In this document: piece by piece, positions 1 to 10,518 of the stretch
How positions within the stretch are numbered: position 1 is the stretch's first letter
How the letters are laid out: every line of letters begins with the position of its first letter
Assembly: GCA_009859145.1 (NCBI GenBank)
Contig: VRVR01000029.1
Coordinates: 248,292 to 312,291, forward strand
Direction of reading: 5' to 3'
Source of the DNA: Andalucia godoyi And28
Taxonomy: Eukaryota > Protista > Jakobida
Length of the DNA stretch: 64,000 nucleotides
The notes under the pieces: generated by a model
Databases searched by the model: none
Seen by the model: only the letters and a program-made list of their open reading frames with translations
What the model was told of the DNA's origin: nothing
Translations under genes and position numbers: made by a program

Positions 1-2
1 GG

Positions 3-1385
3 CATGAAGGTGGTGAGCGGCCATCGTCGAACAGTAACAGCAATAGTAATAATACGCTGCAGATTCCGTTCCAAAGACAAAGCAGTAACAACTCTCAATT
101 TGGCGCGTCTCCAGGGTCCACACGATCGCCTTTTTCGGCAGCCACGGAAAGCGAGAGTCTGTCTGATTTGCAGTTGTTTTCCACGGCGTTTGACGCGTCA
201 AGTCCACGATATGCATTATCGCCGCAAGTCCAGATTGCGTCACCTGTGCTCAGCGGAGAGGAACGAGTGAAAGCAGCCATTCGCACCGGGGACCTTGGAT
301 ATCTGTTGTGGACGGATGAAGCTTCCGGAGATTTTGCTGGGCCTGTCAGCAGTTCAGGAAGTTCGCCAAATGCAGGAAAATCGCCAGGAGAAGTATCGGA
401 GAGCGAAGAGGCAGTCAGGAAGCTAGTGCAAGGAATCGTGTCTGAGGAAGTACTGGCGATGCTGAAGCTGCTAGTGAACGGTCAGGAGGAAATGAGAACC
501 GAAATCGCTCATGCATTGCATGCAGTGCTCACTGCAATCTCGTCAACAGGTCCTTCGCTGTATCTGTCAGATGCATTTCTTGCGCCCAGTGCAGCTTCCG
601 GCTCCGAGGTTCGCGCATCGCCATCGACGCTGAATCCTTCTCCAGGAGCCCCATTAGCAGCAGCAGCGACGGCAATGATGAGGGACTATTCTCTGGGCAC
701 AATGCTGTCTATGAATGGGCCTTCATCGAGTTTGAATTCACTTTCACTTCCAGCACCAGCGATGTTTGCGCCTCACCAGCATTCTCCGAGTCAGCGACCA
801 ACATCGCCGAGACCACCCATGCAGCATGGGCGCTCGTCGTCCCATTATCACCAAGGAGGAGAGACACGCTCGCACTCCCGTTCTCCTGCGGAAAAGGACA
901 ACAAAATTGGTGTTGAGGCATGGAATCTACCGGTGTATACCCCCCGGAGAACACGGCTGCGCAGTCATTCGCCGAGATTTTACGTCGTTGCGATCGACGC
1001 AAAGACCGTTACAACAATCGAGTCACGGCGTAGAACCCTGCGGTCCCATCCGCAGTTGTCTGTCTGGGCGCCGACTGCACGCCCGCACCATTCGCATGTT
1101 TTGAAATTGTATTACCGGTCGCAGGATGCTCGCGACATTATGCAGTCCAAGGAAGAGAGCGCAGGCGCCGAAGCGGTCACCACGAACGCCACTGAACCAG
1201 TTCTGATCCCTGCATTGGCAATGGTATCACTGCGCAACGAAATCAAGGCACAGAACGGAAAAAGGAAGCGAAGCAACAGCATCGAGCCGCTGTCCCCGAG
1301 CGTTGGGGACGAAGACAATGAAATTGATGATTTTAGCGGTGTCGACGAGGAGCCTGGTGCGAAGCGTTTCAAACAATGCGATTGA
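3..1385 (+). CDS. Hypothetical Ser/Pro-rich protein, 5'-partial (frame open to the window edge), with a basic KRKR NLS-like motif near the C-terminus
   Basis: The frame of ORF 168..1385 has no stop back to position 3, so the true start lies left of the window. It ends with TGA and contains 'NGKRKRSNS' and 'AKRFK'. No family recognised. Confidence 0.7.
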   Translation, partial: HEGGERPSSNSNSNSNNTLQIPFQRQSSNNSQFGASPGSTRSPFSAATESESLSDLQLFSTAFDASSPRYALSPQVQIASPVLSGEERVKAAIRTGDLGYLLWTDEASGDFAGPVSSSGSSPNAGKSPGEVSESEEAVRKLVQGIVSEEVLAMLKLLVNGQEEMRTEIAHALHAVLTAISSTGPSLYLSDAFLAPSAASGSEVRASPSTLNPSPGAPLAAAATAMMRDYSLGTMLSMNGPSSSLNSLSLPAPAMFAPHQHSPSQRPTSPRPPMQHGRSSSHYHQGGETRSHSRSPAEKDNKIGVEAWNLPVYTPRRTRLRSHSPRFYVVAIDAKTVTTIESRRRTLRSHPQLSVWAPTARPHHSHVLKLYYRSQDARDIMQSKEESAGAEAVTTNATEPVLIPALAMVSLRNEIKAQNGKRKRSNSIEPLSPSVGDEDNEIDDFSGVDEEPGAKRFKQCD

Positions 1386-1479
1386 ATCGCAGAATTCAAA
1401 AAATAATATGTGTTTTTAGGTGTTTAGGTGGTATTGTAAATATTGATTCCGATTGGAGGAAAAAGTTGGAAAGGCATTT

Positions 1480-2928
1480 CTAGGATTGATTCAGCGATTT
1501 CCCCTGCGATGCGAGAAGCTCGCAAACCCGTTCGTAACGAAGACGGATGTACCGTGGAGGCATGCATGCAGTTACGCACAGTGCCGACGTGCAGAGACCG
1601 ATCATGACCCAACCAAGAAGCTCGCCATCCTCTGCAATGCTGTAGACCGCAAGCGTGATCAGTCCATGGGCGTTGGCGCCAAGCATCAGCAAGTTTCCAC
1701 CACGCTCTTCGTGCGCTGGAAACGTCAGTTCTACGGACGTTTCAAGGCCGACAATCATCACGGCTGCGGCGGCAATGCCCAACATTGCGCAAACAAAGGC
1801 GAGCGCTCCATACGAAAGCCTGCTCGCCCCCGTGTAAAAGACCACAAGTGTGACAACCAGGGACGCCACCGCAACCAACAGCGCAGACTTGAACCACGGT
1901 CGTCGGTCAAGCAGTGGGCCTACCGGGAGAGCCCCCACCAGTCCAGCAAGAATAAGAATACCTCCAAGCCATCCCACAGCAGATTCCGAGTAGTAGGGCT
2001 GCAGTACTTCAGCCAGAACGGTGGTCAGCGTAAAGTAGCACCCGACCATCGTTGCATACACATACAGCAAGAGCAAGTAGGACAGTCTCAGCAAAGGACG
2101 CCGATCATGAAATTCGACAACACTGCACTCCTCGCTCTTGGAAGCAGCAGCAGCATTTGGCTCGGAGTCTGGAAGACGATTGTCCAGAAAAACTGGTGGG
2201 GGACAGACTTCCGATGCGGCCTGCTTGTCATGCAGAAACCGCAGAGCCGCTGCAGACTCGGAGGGTGGCGTATCAGGAAATGATCGGAACAAGAGGAAGC
2301 AGAGAATTGTAGAGACTGCGACGATGCCAACCTGAATCCCGAGCCATACCAACAGCTCATTCAAATGCGGCCCAGTGACAATGACAGGAGCCACAAAAAA
2401 CCCGAGTGCGTTTCCAAGTTGGTTGGCAGAAGTCGCAATCGTCGTTGCCACCACCCGTTCTCGTTGTGGATACCACCGGGCAGAGATCAGTGGAGGAGCA
2501 GACAGCACAACGAGCTGTCCAAGAGAAGCAAGCAGCGAACCCGTAAACAACCCGCCCCAGAATGCAATTTCCGACGTTGGCGCCGCCGCGGCAAGCACAA
2601 GCCGAACCACCGCGCCCAGCAAAGTCAGCAAATTCCCAAACAGCATTCCGAATCGAACCGAGATCTTGATCATCATCAAGCTTCCAAACGGTGCAAACAT
2701 CACATACGTAACATTCCAGATCGCAGCGAGCGAATTCACTGCAAACGTGCTTACGCCATACAGACTCTGCAAGGAAACCGCAATCGGCGGAAAGGCATTG
2801 AAGCACAGTCCCGAACACACAGACAGCATCACAAACAGAAAAAGCATCAAGTGTCGCATCGAATCGCCGCGGTCAGCCCTCGTGCACGCAGATGCCGGAC
2901 CCAAAAGCGGCACAGTCTCTTTCGACAT
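1480..2928 (-). CDS. MFS transporter, FLVCR/DIRC2 (SLC49)-like
   Basis: About 12 hydrophobic segments. 'LSAPPLISARWYPQRERVVATTIATSANQLGNALGFFVAP' is the typical FLVCR-family motif. First ATG at 2928 gives MSKETVPLL, an ExxxLL dileucine lysosomal-type signal. Confidence 0.88.
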   Translation of the reverse strand: MSKETVPLLGPASACTRADRGDSMRHLMLFLFVMLSVCSGLCFNAFPPIAVSLQSLYGVSTFAVNSLAAIWNVTYVMFAPFGSLMMIKISVRFGMLFGNLLTLLGAVVRLVLAAAAPTSEIAFWGGLFTGSLLASLGQLVVLSAPPLISARWYPQRERVVATTIATSANQLGNALGFFVAPVIVTGPHLNELLVWLGIQVGIVAVSTILCFLLFRSFPDTPPSESAAALRFLHDKQAASEVCPPPVFLDNRLPDSEPNAAAASKSEECSVVEFHDRRPLLRLSYLLLLYVYATMVGCYFTLTTVLAEVLQPYYSESAVGWLGGILILAGLVGALPVGPLLDRRPWFKSALLVAVASLVVTLVVFYTGASRLSYGALAFVCAMLGIAAAAVMIVGLETSVELTFPAHEERGGNLLMLGANAHGLITLAVYSIAEDGELLGWVMIGLCTSALCVTACMPPRYIRLRYERVCELLASQGKSLNQS

Positions 2929-3631
2929 TCTGCTCAACGTCCACCAAGGCAAACAGGAAAATCAGCGGAGAGAAGCACAAACAAATCAGCAACAAGATCT
3001 TACCGAATCAGAAAACCCAAGTACTTTTTTTTCTTCTGTAACCAAATAAATATGTGAAGTATAGGTACTTTGAAGTGGCGCAAGAACGCACCGCGAAATC
3101 AAAAATAAATGAATAACAATAAAAATAATAATAACAACAACAACAACAACAATAAAATCAATGATCAAGAAGAAGAAGAAGAAGAAGAACGAGATCGGAG
3201 TGCATGCAATATCTACGATTTCATAGACTTCAAAACCACGTACACACAAGCGTATACTGCAGTATCATGCTTTTCGTCGCGGTAATCACTCGGCCTTTGC
3301 AGTTTGCGCGTTGGAGCTTTCTGTTCATTTTTGAAATCTCTCGTGCAGCAGAAGAAACGGTTTCCCCCCAAGAATCTTTGGGTCGAAGGCGGGGCCACCT
3401 TTTTTTGCTTTTCTGCAGACACCTGTCGTAATCGAGTCCCTCCTATTACGTTTCCCGAGGTTTTTTCCCTTCCGTTCTGGTTTCTCCGCCGCAGTTAGGC
3501 AGTCCTCATTGAATAGTCATTCAAAAAGGACTCGCGTACTCTGGATAGCGACTGCTGTTGGCACACATCCTCTCTCTTGGCGTTCTTTGTCTTACATCTC
3601 ACAATTGTCGCATTCGTACAGTTGTTTTTGA

Positions 3632-6184
3632 ATGAGTACTTCGGGCCCAAGCGGAGGAGAGTCGAATGGAGGAGAGTCGAGTGGAGGAGGCGGAGGATCG
3701 TCGTCGCTGCCACGGTCTGCGAGTTCGGCGGGACTGAATGTGGTGGTGGTGTCGAGCCCAGGACAAGAAAGTAGAAGCAGGGCTGCACCGACGGTGCTCA
3801 CTTCTCGATATCCTCGGACGCGAAGCGCAGTGGACTTTGACAGCGCGGTGGGCGACGATGACGCGATGGACGACAGTGTTCGGTTCGCGCATCATACGCC
3901 GCGGACCGTGGATGAGCGTAAGCGGGCGAATAATATGCTTTTTGGATTTGTACCGTGGATGGGGCCTTCAACGGCGTCCGGGCCTTCTGCTGCGGCAGCT
4001 TCCCATCAATCAGCAGTGCCGTCGGCGGGAATGGGGAGCAGCTCACAGAATCAATCGCTTGTTGGTGGTCTTGGTGGATCCGCGGCCGTTCGCCATCGCC
4101 ACGCTGCGTCTTCAGACAAGAATGCGACTATGGTGCAAATCCCCAGCCACGCCAATGACGACGAATTCATCGCTCCATCAGGCGCCAGGGAAACAGCGGC
4201 GACTCGTGCATTCTTGACACCGGGGAACGTCGTCTATGTTATGCTGGTCGGCTGGTGGGCATCGCTGCTTCACCTTGTCATGGGAATTATTCTTGGTTTG
4301 CTGATTGTTACGATCCCCCATGCAAAATTGTGCTTTGCGCTTGCAAAATATCTCATTTGGCCTTTTGGAGGGTATATTGAACTGGCGACAAGCCAAAGTG
4401 GCGCTGCTTCGTCCGAGGACGCGAATTTGTTGCTTGGCTCTGCGGGCACATCGTCGGGCAACTATGGGCTGAATGGGACTCCTGCTGCGAAAGCTGGTGC
4501 ACCACCTAGCTCCAGGACAGCGAATCGCGGCGGCTCATCGGTTCGAACGACCCTGTCCACGATCGTGTTTCACATCATCGGCATCCCGGTACTCGCGTTG
4601 GTGCATGCAATGTCTTGGGCAGTTTGTTGGTTCTTGATCGTACTGATCCCGATGGCAAAAGTACATTTTGCTATTGCAAAGACTCTGTATTCTCACTCGC
4701 AAGAACCGCAGAAGTTGCTGGTGTCAACATTAGGGCAAGCACAGGTTCCGCCTCCTGCTTCCGCTTCCATCATCATTCTGACGTATGCAGCGGTGAACAA
4801 ATCGTACTTGAAGTATACGGTCGACGGAATGAACGTTGCGTTGGTGAATCTGTTACCATTCGCGGTCGTGACGATTCTCCTCCACTTCTTGAGCCCAGAA
4901 GAGCATTCCGAATCTCAAGTTTTAGTCCGTTTTGTTCTGTCGTTGGTATCGATTATTCCCTTGGCGTATTACATCGGTGCTGCTGTGGCTTCGATTTCTG
5001 CACAAACTTCCTTTGCTGTGGGTGCGGTGCTGAATGCAACCTTTGGTTCCATTATTGAGTTGTTGATTTATGTGTTTTCCATCCAACGTGGTCTGAATGA
5101 TCTTGTGACCGCTGGCGTCACTGGTGCCTTGCTGGGTGCCATGCTTTTGCTTCCTGGTTTGTCCATGATTGTGGGTGGGCTCAAGCACAAGATGCAGCAT
5201 TTCAACATCAACGCCGCAGGTGTCACGTCTGTGATGTTGCTTATTGCGGTGGTCGGTGACTACACGCCAACGATGTTCTATCTGATGTATGGACAGTACG
5301 ATTTTCACTGCAAGGACGAGTGTTCCTCGAAAGCAGTTTCGCTAGGCGAGGAATGCGAAAAGATCTGCATCCGTTTTGAGGACATGACCAGCGACCCGAT
5401 TTATGAGAACCATGCCAAGAAACTACTGTATGCAGTTGCTGTGCTGCTGCCACTCGCATATGTCGTGGGTCTTATTTTCACGCTCAAAACGCATTCGCAC
5501 TACTACCAAAACAAGGAGGATCCGATCGAAAAGGAAAAGCGCAGGCAAAAGAATGCAAAGAAAGTTACAATTGTGATGCCCGAGGACCATGCCGCTGCCG
5601 CCGCGAATGGGACAAGCCAATCTTACCAGGTTCCAGCTGCTTTGCACGACGAAGAAACTGCGTCGGAGGTGTCGGAGGGTTCTGCAGAAGGCGAGGAAAT
5701 GCTCAGCGAGTGGTCTCTCCGAAAATGCATTATTGTGCTGGTGGTTGCCACTGCTTCATTCGCTCTCGTTGCCGAGGCTCTCACAGATTCCATCCAGCCG
5801 TTCTTGGATATGATGGGGATATCGCAGCGTGTTGCCGGTCTGACCATCATTGCCATTGTGCCCAACATTGCAGAGCTTGTGAATGCCATCATGTTTGCCT
5901 ACAACAACAACATCACCCTTGCTCTGGAGATTGGAAACGTTGCTGCCATTCAAGTTTCTCTTATCCAAATGCCCTTTTTGGTGTTCTTGTCGTGGGCTAT
6001 GTTCCAAAACAATCCGGGAGATGCACTCACTCTTATTTTTGCGCCGCTGGACGTTTTTTCTGTTTTCGTTGCCGTAATTATCCTTTCCTACATTTCCATT
6101 GACGGGCGCTGCAACTATTTTGAGGGTGCTGCTCTTATCCTGGTTTATCTTATCTTTGTCATGGCCTTTGTCTTTTCTCCGTGA
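3632..6184 (+). CDS. VNX1: Type II CAX / Vnx1-like cation:H+ exchanger with N-terminal YccF(DUF307)-like domain
   Basis: YccF-like 'GNVVYVMLVGWW...LIVTIPHAKLCFALAKYLIWPFG'. Alpha-1 repeat 'LNATFGSIIEL'. Alpha-2 repeat 'PNIAELVNAIMFAYNNNITLALEIG'. C-terminal 'DGRCNYFEGAALILVY'. Confidence 0.9.
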   Translation: MSTSGPSGGESNGGESSGGGGGSSSLPRSASSAGLNVVVVSSPGQESRSRAAPTVLTSRYPRTRSAVDFDSAVGDDDAMDDSVRFAHHTPRTVDERKRANNMLFGFVPWMGPSTASGPSAAAASHQSAVPSAGMGSSSQNQSLVGGLGGSAAVRHRHAASSDKNATMVQIPSHANDDEFIAPSGARETAATRAFLTPGNVVYVMLVGWWASLLHLVMGIILGLLIVTIPHAKLCFALAKYLIWPFGGYIELATSQSGAASSEDANLLLGSAGTSSGNYGLNGTPAAKAGAPPSSRTANRGGSSVRTTLSTIVFHIIGIPVLALVHAMSWAVCWFLIVLIPMAKVHFAIAKTLYSHSQEPQKLLVSTLGQAQVPPPASASIIILTYAAVNKSYLKYTVDGMNVALVNLLPFAVVTILLHFLSPEEHSESQVLVRFVLSLVSIIPLAYYIGAAVASISAQTSFAVGAVLNATFGSIIELLIYVFSIQRGLNDLVTAGVTGALLGAMLLLPGLSMIVGGLKHKMQHFNINAAGVTSVMLLIAVVGDYTPTMFYLMYGQYDFHCKDECSSKAVSLGEECEKICIRFEDMTSDPIYENHAKKLLYAVAVLLPLAYVVGLIFTLKTHSHYYQNKEDPIEKEKRRQKNAKKVTIVMPEDHAAAAANGTSQSYQVPAALHDEETASEVSEGSAEGEEMLSEWSLRKCIIVLVVATASFALVAEALTDSIQPFLDMMGISQRVAGLTIIAIVPNIAELVNAIMFAYNNNITLALEIGNVAAIQVSLIQMPFLVFLSWAMFQNNPGDALTLIFAPLDVFSVFVAVIILSYISIDGRCNYFEGAALILVYLIFVMAFVFSP

Positions 6185-6674
6185 GTGAACAAGTGTGGCG
6201 TGTTCCCGACCATTCTGTTCGTCCGCAGTTGCCTAGATAGTAGATTCCCGTCGTAATGCAAGTAAAAGTAAAAAAGCGCGCTTGCGATACACTGCATCCA
6301 TGTTCATTGGTTCTCATTGGTACCGCTTGCAATGTTGCATGAATAGTCGATCCTACGAACATCAGTCGTCTAGGGGGCAAGCCTTAGCACACACAACTGC
6401 ATGCGCACCGTGTTCTTCAAAGAGATGTCGATCCATCGCCGCTGCACATGTCTCCAAGAGTGACGGACTCTTTATAAAAAATAATACAACAACAAAATAC
6501 TATAACAAAGTAAAACACGAAATCGTGGAAGAGTCAGAGAATTCGTGTTTTTTATTTAGTTCTAACTGGATGAGGAAAGCCGTACATTACCCTCCAACCC
6601 AAAGCCTCTCCAAATATTTGGCTTCGCATGCTGCGCCTCAAACAGATTTTTTTTAAAAGTAAAATGACTTATAA

Positions 6675-7049
6675 ATGAGCACCAGCGCCCAGCATCGATT
6701 ACAAGGAATCGGCTGTCAATATTCGACAGTGTCTCATTGGGACTCGAACCTGCACACCTACGCCGCCGCGACAACAGCAACGACAACGACGACAACAACG
6801 ACAAGGACGACAACAACGACAACAACAGCCGGTAGCAGCAATCTGCAGAAGAAAAAAAGGCCGGCCTTCATTCAACAGCAATGTCGACGGCTGTCAACCC
6901 AGCCATACTATCCGATGATATTCACAGCCCTTCCAGCAGACATTTGCGTTGGAGATTTGTGCTTTGTCGACGACGACGATATGAACAGTTCAACAGTTGC
7001 AAGCGAAGCAACAGCTGAGAGGCTCACTAAGTCCTGCTTGGAGAGGTAG
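6675..7049 (+). CDS. Possible orphan 124-aa ORF with a Thr-rich tract
   Basis: ATG in taaATG context like other genes here. Thr run encoded by an (ACA/ACG)n repeat. No recognisable domain, so it may be non-coding. Confidence 0.25.
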   Translation: MSTSAQHRLQGIGCQYSTVSHWDSNLHTYAAATTATTTTTTTTRTTTTTTTAGSSNLQKKKRPAFIQQQCRRLSTQPYYPMIFTALPADICVGDLCFVDDDDMNSSTVASEATAERLTKSCLER

Positions 7050-7060
7050 GGAAATTCTAG

Positions 7061-7192
<132 letters not shown>

Positions 7193-7204
7193 GCGCGCAG
7201 AGAA

Positions 7205-7486
7205 ATGTCGCAGAATCAAAAGAAGAATAGGATGCTCCAGCCTCTCGAGATTGAAGATGAACAGCCTCCAGGATGGACTTCGGGTCCTCGGTTCACACTG
7301 GTTTGCACTCGAGAGCGCCCGCAATGCGAAGACCTTATGGCTTCCTTTGGCGGATTTTTGCGATCGCTCGGGAAAGTTGTGTCAGAAAACCCGCCACGGT
7401 CGTTGACACTCTCGTTTGGGAATGCCGACAAGGCAGCTTCTGCGAAACAGACGATCGCAACGATCAATGCACAGCTTGACGCGTAA
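7205..7486 (+). CDS. Small 93-aa protein with an RRM-like beta-alpha-beta-beta-alpha pattern
   Basis: gaaATG start and protein-like composition. Segments FTLVC / CEDLMASFGGFLRSLG / KVVSE / SLTLSF / NADKAASAKQTIATI follow RRM-like secondary-structure periodicity (inference). Confidence 0.55.
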   Translation: MSQNQKKNRMLQPLEIEDEQPPGWTSGPRFTLVCTRERPQCEDLMASFGGFLRSLGKVVSENPPRSLTLSFGNADKAASAKQTIATINAQLDA

Positions 7487-7703
7487 TCTGTGGCATTGAT
7501 GGATGCGAGTTCGCGTTTGTGTGCATTTGCACCACAAGATACTGCATTGTGCATTACTTTTTTGTGCAGGGTAGAGAGAAAGGCACGCGTTGTCCAGACG
7601 CGCTGTCGCTACTTAGTACCTGAGGGACTTCATACAGCAGCAGTGCCGTTGAATGCAATTGTTAAAGGTTCAGCTAGTGATAATTTACTATGGAGTAGCA
7701 ACC

Positions 7704-9137
7704 TCATCGAATCCACACGGTCTTGGGAACCGTAAATTCACGAACGGCAATATGAGAGCATTCTGTCCCAAATCCGGAATCCTTGACTCCGCCGAACGGC
7801 AGCCGAGGATCCGACTTGACAAAACCATTGACGAAGCCCATGCCCGACTCGATTTCATCACGGACAATGCGTTCACCACGCTCTACATCCCTTGTAAAGA
7901 CTGCTGCGCCGAGTCCAAACGGCGATCGATTGGCGAGTTGAACCGCCTCGGTTTCGTTCTGCGCAACAATAATGCAGGCAACCGGCCCAAACAACTCTTC
8001 GTCGAATGCAGCCATGCCAGGCCGGACGTTCGTGAGCAAGGTGGGTGGATACCAGAATCCCGATGCAAAGCTCTTTGCCTTCGTGGCATCCACCAACTCC
8101 GGAGCAAACTTGACCGGAAGCTGTCCCCCAAGAAGAACCTTGGCTCCCGCTTGCACCGATCTGGTCACTTGGTCATGGATCCCGTCTCTCAAATCCTCCC
8201 GAGCCATCGGGCCAACATCCGTTTTAGGGTCCATCGGATCGCCGACTTTCAGCTTTTCCATCGCAGCCGTCACCTTTTGCGTAAACTCCTCGACGATGGA
8301 AGCATCCACAATCCACCTCTTTGCAGCGATGCACGACTGTCCCGTGTTTAGTATGCGACCTGCAAGGCACTGCGAAACCGCGAGATCAACATCTGCATCT
8401 CTGAGAACGAGATATGGATCTGCCCCTCCGAGTTCCAACACGCACTTTTTAATTCTTTCTCCTGCAAGCTTCCCCACCGACGCACCAGCCTTGCAGGATC
8501 CCGTAAGCGTGACCGCCCGCACCGATCGGTCCGACAAGATCAGCGGAACATCCGTTTCAGTGTCTGCAAACACGTTTTGGAGCGTATGCTGCGGGAATCC
8601 AGCATCACGGAACACTTCTTCAAGCGCCAACGCGCACTGCGGAGTGGACGGCGCATGCTTCATGATGCATACGTTCCCCGCCAGGAAAGCCGACGACGCA
8701 AATCGCGCAACTTGCCAAAACGGAAAGTTCCAGGGGAATATCCCAAGGACGATTCCGAGTGGCTGGATCGAAATGTAGGACCTCGACGCATCCGACGCCA
8801 CTGATTCCGGCGCGAGATAAGGAGGTCCGTTCTTCGCCATCCATTCGCACACAAATGCGCATTTCTCTACTTCAGCCACCCCTTGCTTGATTGGCTTCCC
8901 CATTTCGATAGATGCAAGCTGTCCGTACTTTGCCGCACGCTCTTTCAGAAGTGCAGAAACAGAAAGAAGACGTTCGGCTCGGCGGTCGACAGAGAGCTTC
9001 TTCAGCTCCAAAAGCGCAGTCTGTGCATTCGATATGATCCGCGGAATCTCATTGGTTGGCGTCTTTGCAAAGGACTTCACGAGCTGTCCCGTCGCAGGGT
9101 TCACAGACGCATACACCTGTGAAAGTCGATTCATCAT
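7704..9137 (-). CDS. NAD(P)+-dependent aldehyde dehydrogenase, succinate-semialdehyde dehydrogenase Sad/GabD1-like
   Basis: 'SVNPATG', 'GIFPWNFPFWQVARF', 'MKHAPSTPQCA', catalytic Glu in 'VLELGGADP', catalytic Cys in 'NTGQSCIAAKR', 'EELFGPVA', 'SDPRLPFGGVKDSGFG'. Confidence 0.93.
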   Translation of the reverse strand: MMNRLSQVYASVNPATGQLVKSFAKTPTNEIPRIISNAQTALLELKKLSVDRRAERLLSVSALLKERAAKYGQLASIEMGKPIKQGVAEVEKCAFVCEWMAKNGPPYLAPESVASDASRSYISIQPLGIVLGIFPWNFPFWQVARFASSAFLAGNVCIMKHAPSTPQCALALEEVFRDAGFPQHTLQNVFADTETDVPLILSDRSVRAVTLTGSCKAGASVGKLAGERIKKCVLELGGADPYLVLRDADVDLAVSQCLAGRILNTGQSCIAAKRWIVDASIVEEFTQKVTAAMEKLKVGDPMDPKTDVGPMAREDLRDGIHDQVTRSVQAGAKVLLGGQLPVKFAPELVDATKAKSFASGFWYPPTLLTNVRPGMAAFDEELFGPVACIIVAQNETEAVQLANRSPFGLGAAVFTRDVERGERIVRDEIESGMGFVNGFVKSDPRLPFGGVKDSGFGTECSHIAVREFTVPKTVWIR

Positions 9138-9420
9138 CCTCGCTATCTCTCCTTGTCTTCCTCAGAATAAGAGCAACAAGATGTTGAAGAAGAAAACCGG
9201 CAAGAAGAAGACAAAGAACGTCACCGAAAGGTCCGACTTCAAGGCAATCTACTACAGCAAAACAGCGGCAAAGCGCAAACACGTTTTCCTCTTCAAAATG
9301 CGATCTGGTTGTTTGCGAATGCGTTTCTTTTTGTTTGCACTTTAAAGTAACTATTTGCATTTCTGTACTCGTATTGCTGTGGTGGCGGCGTTGTTGCCTG
9401 TTGTTGCGAACGAGTGCAAA

Positions 9421-10518
9421 ATGACAAACTGTCGTGTTTCGCTCTTTCGCGACTTTCGAACACTTGTTTCGAACGAGCTTCATTCCACAAATCGCAAGTT
9501 TGACCCATTGCTGAAATCCGTACCTCGAGGTTACATTGTTGCACAAGCCTCCTCAATTGTATGCATCCTGGCCGTTTTTCTACACTTCATCTTTCTTTGT
9601 GCCCACCCCCCCTATGTACGTGTGCATGCGAATGTGTGAGTTAACAGTGTCCCGTTTGTGTGCGTGTGTGTGTGTGTGCGTGTGTGTGTGTGTGTGTGTG
9701 TGGATTGACGCAAAACAACAACAACAAATCAACATAATCAAACATAACATGACTTTATTTAGAGAGCTGCTGTTGCCGAGATTGACCGAAGAATGACGGA
9801 CGCGAATGGCGGACTGAAACGGATACGGGGGTCCGGGGATCGTGAGCAGTACCAGATGATACGGAGAGAGGCCGAGTCGTTGATGGAGACGATGTTGTCA
9901 GATGCATCAACAGCGGTTGGGAAGCTGAAGCAGGCGGTGGATCGCGCATCGACAAAGGGCGCACATCACCGAATGCATCTCGAAGGAATTGTTCTTGTTT
10001 TGTACGATCTCCTATCGCAAAAGTCTCAGGAATTGGACACGTGGAAAAGGACAGTTCGTATGGATCCGCTGGTGCAACGGACGCCGGTGTTTCAAAAACA
10101 GGCGCAAAAATACGGTAGAGGAAGAGGCTCGCAGGCGATGGGCTCTCCTACGGCACAGAACACTGCGGCTGCCGGTCATCCGGACTCGGAAGACGGAAAA
10201 TCGCAAGTGTTGTTGCAGCATCAGAACAGAATGCAGAAGTTCCACGAACAGGATCGCCTGGCGTATGAAGTTGAGCATGTGGAAAGCCAGCTCTTGGATA
10301 TTTCGGCAATGTCAACATTCTTTAGCGCAAAGGTGATGGATCAAATGGAGACCATCCAGAGAATGCAAGACGAGGCGATCAAGGCAGAGTCCCATGCCGA
10401 GGCGGCTCTCGGCCAGCTCAACCAAGCAAAGAAGCAGCGGTCGTGTTTCCGAACATTCGTTCTTGTCTATGTCTTTATCGCCAGTCTTATGATTCTGTTC
10501 CTGGATGCGATCATGTGA
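9421..10518 (+). CDS. STX18: Syntaxin-18/Ufe1-like Qa-SNARE, two exons: join(9421..9558,9763..10518), 297 aa
   Basis: C-terminal SNARE motif plus TM ending 'FRTFVLVYVFIASLMILFLDAIM', as in STX18 (…LLFLD). Exon 1 MTNCRVSLFRDFRTLV…QASSI joins in phase 0 to RAAVAEIDRRMTD through a GTATGC…TTTAG intron. Confidence 0.85.
9559..9762 (+). other. Spliceosomal GT-AG intron (204 nt) containing a (TG)n microsatellite
   Basis: The GTATGC donor is identical to ALKBH8-like intron 1. TTTAG acceptor. Removal restores a continuous syntaxin-18 frame. Confidence 0.75.

Noticed and set aside
1453-3057. Long plus-strand ORFs (276, 230 and 224 aa) opposite the MFS gene, and similar shadows opposite ALDH, IPO11 and others
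   Set aside because: They are antisense or shifted-frame shadows of real genes, with R/Q/H-rich non-protein-like composition.
6512-6551. 10-bp inverted repeat AAAACACGAA…TTCGTGTTTT
   Set aside because: It is AT-rich with a 20-nt loop, which is expected by chance in intergenic DNA.
6739-6753. tRNA T-loop-like GCAGGTTCGAGTCCC on the minus strand
   Set aside because: The T-stem pairs only 2 bp, and no acceptor, D or anticodon arms can be built around it.
9749-9796. Apparent frameshift or ATGA overlap (MTLFRELLL…) at the start of syntaxin-18
   Set aside because: It is better explained by the GT-AG intron 9559..9762 and the upstream exon.
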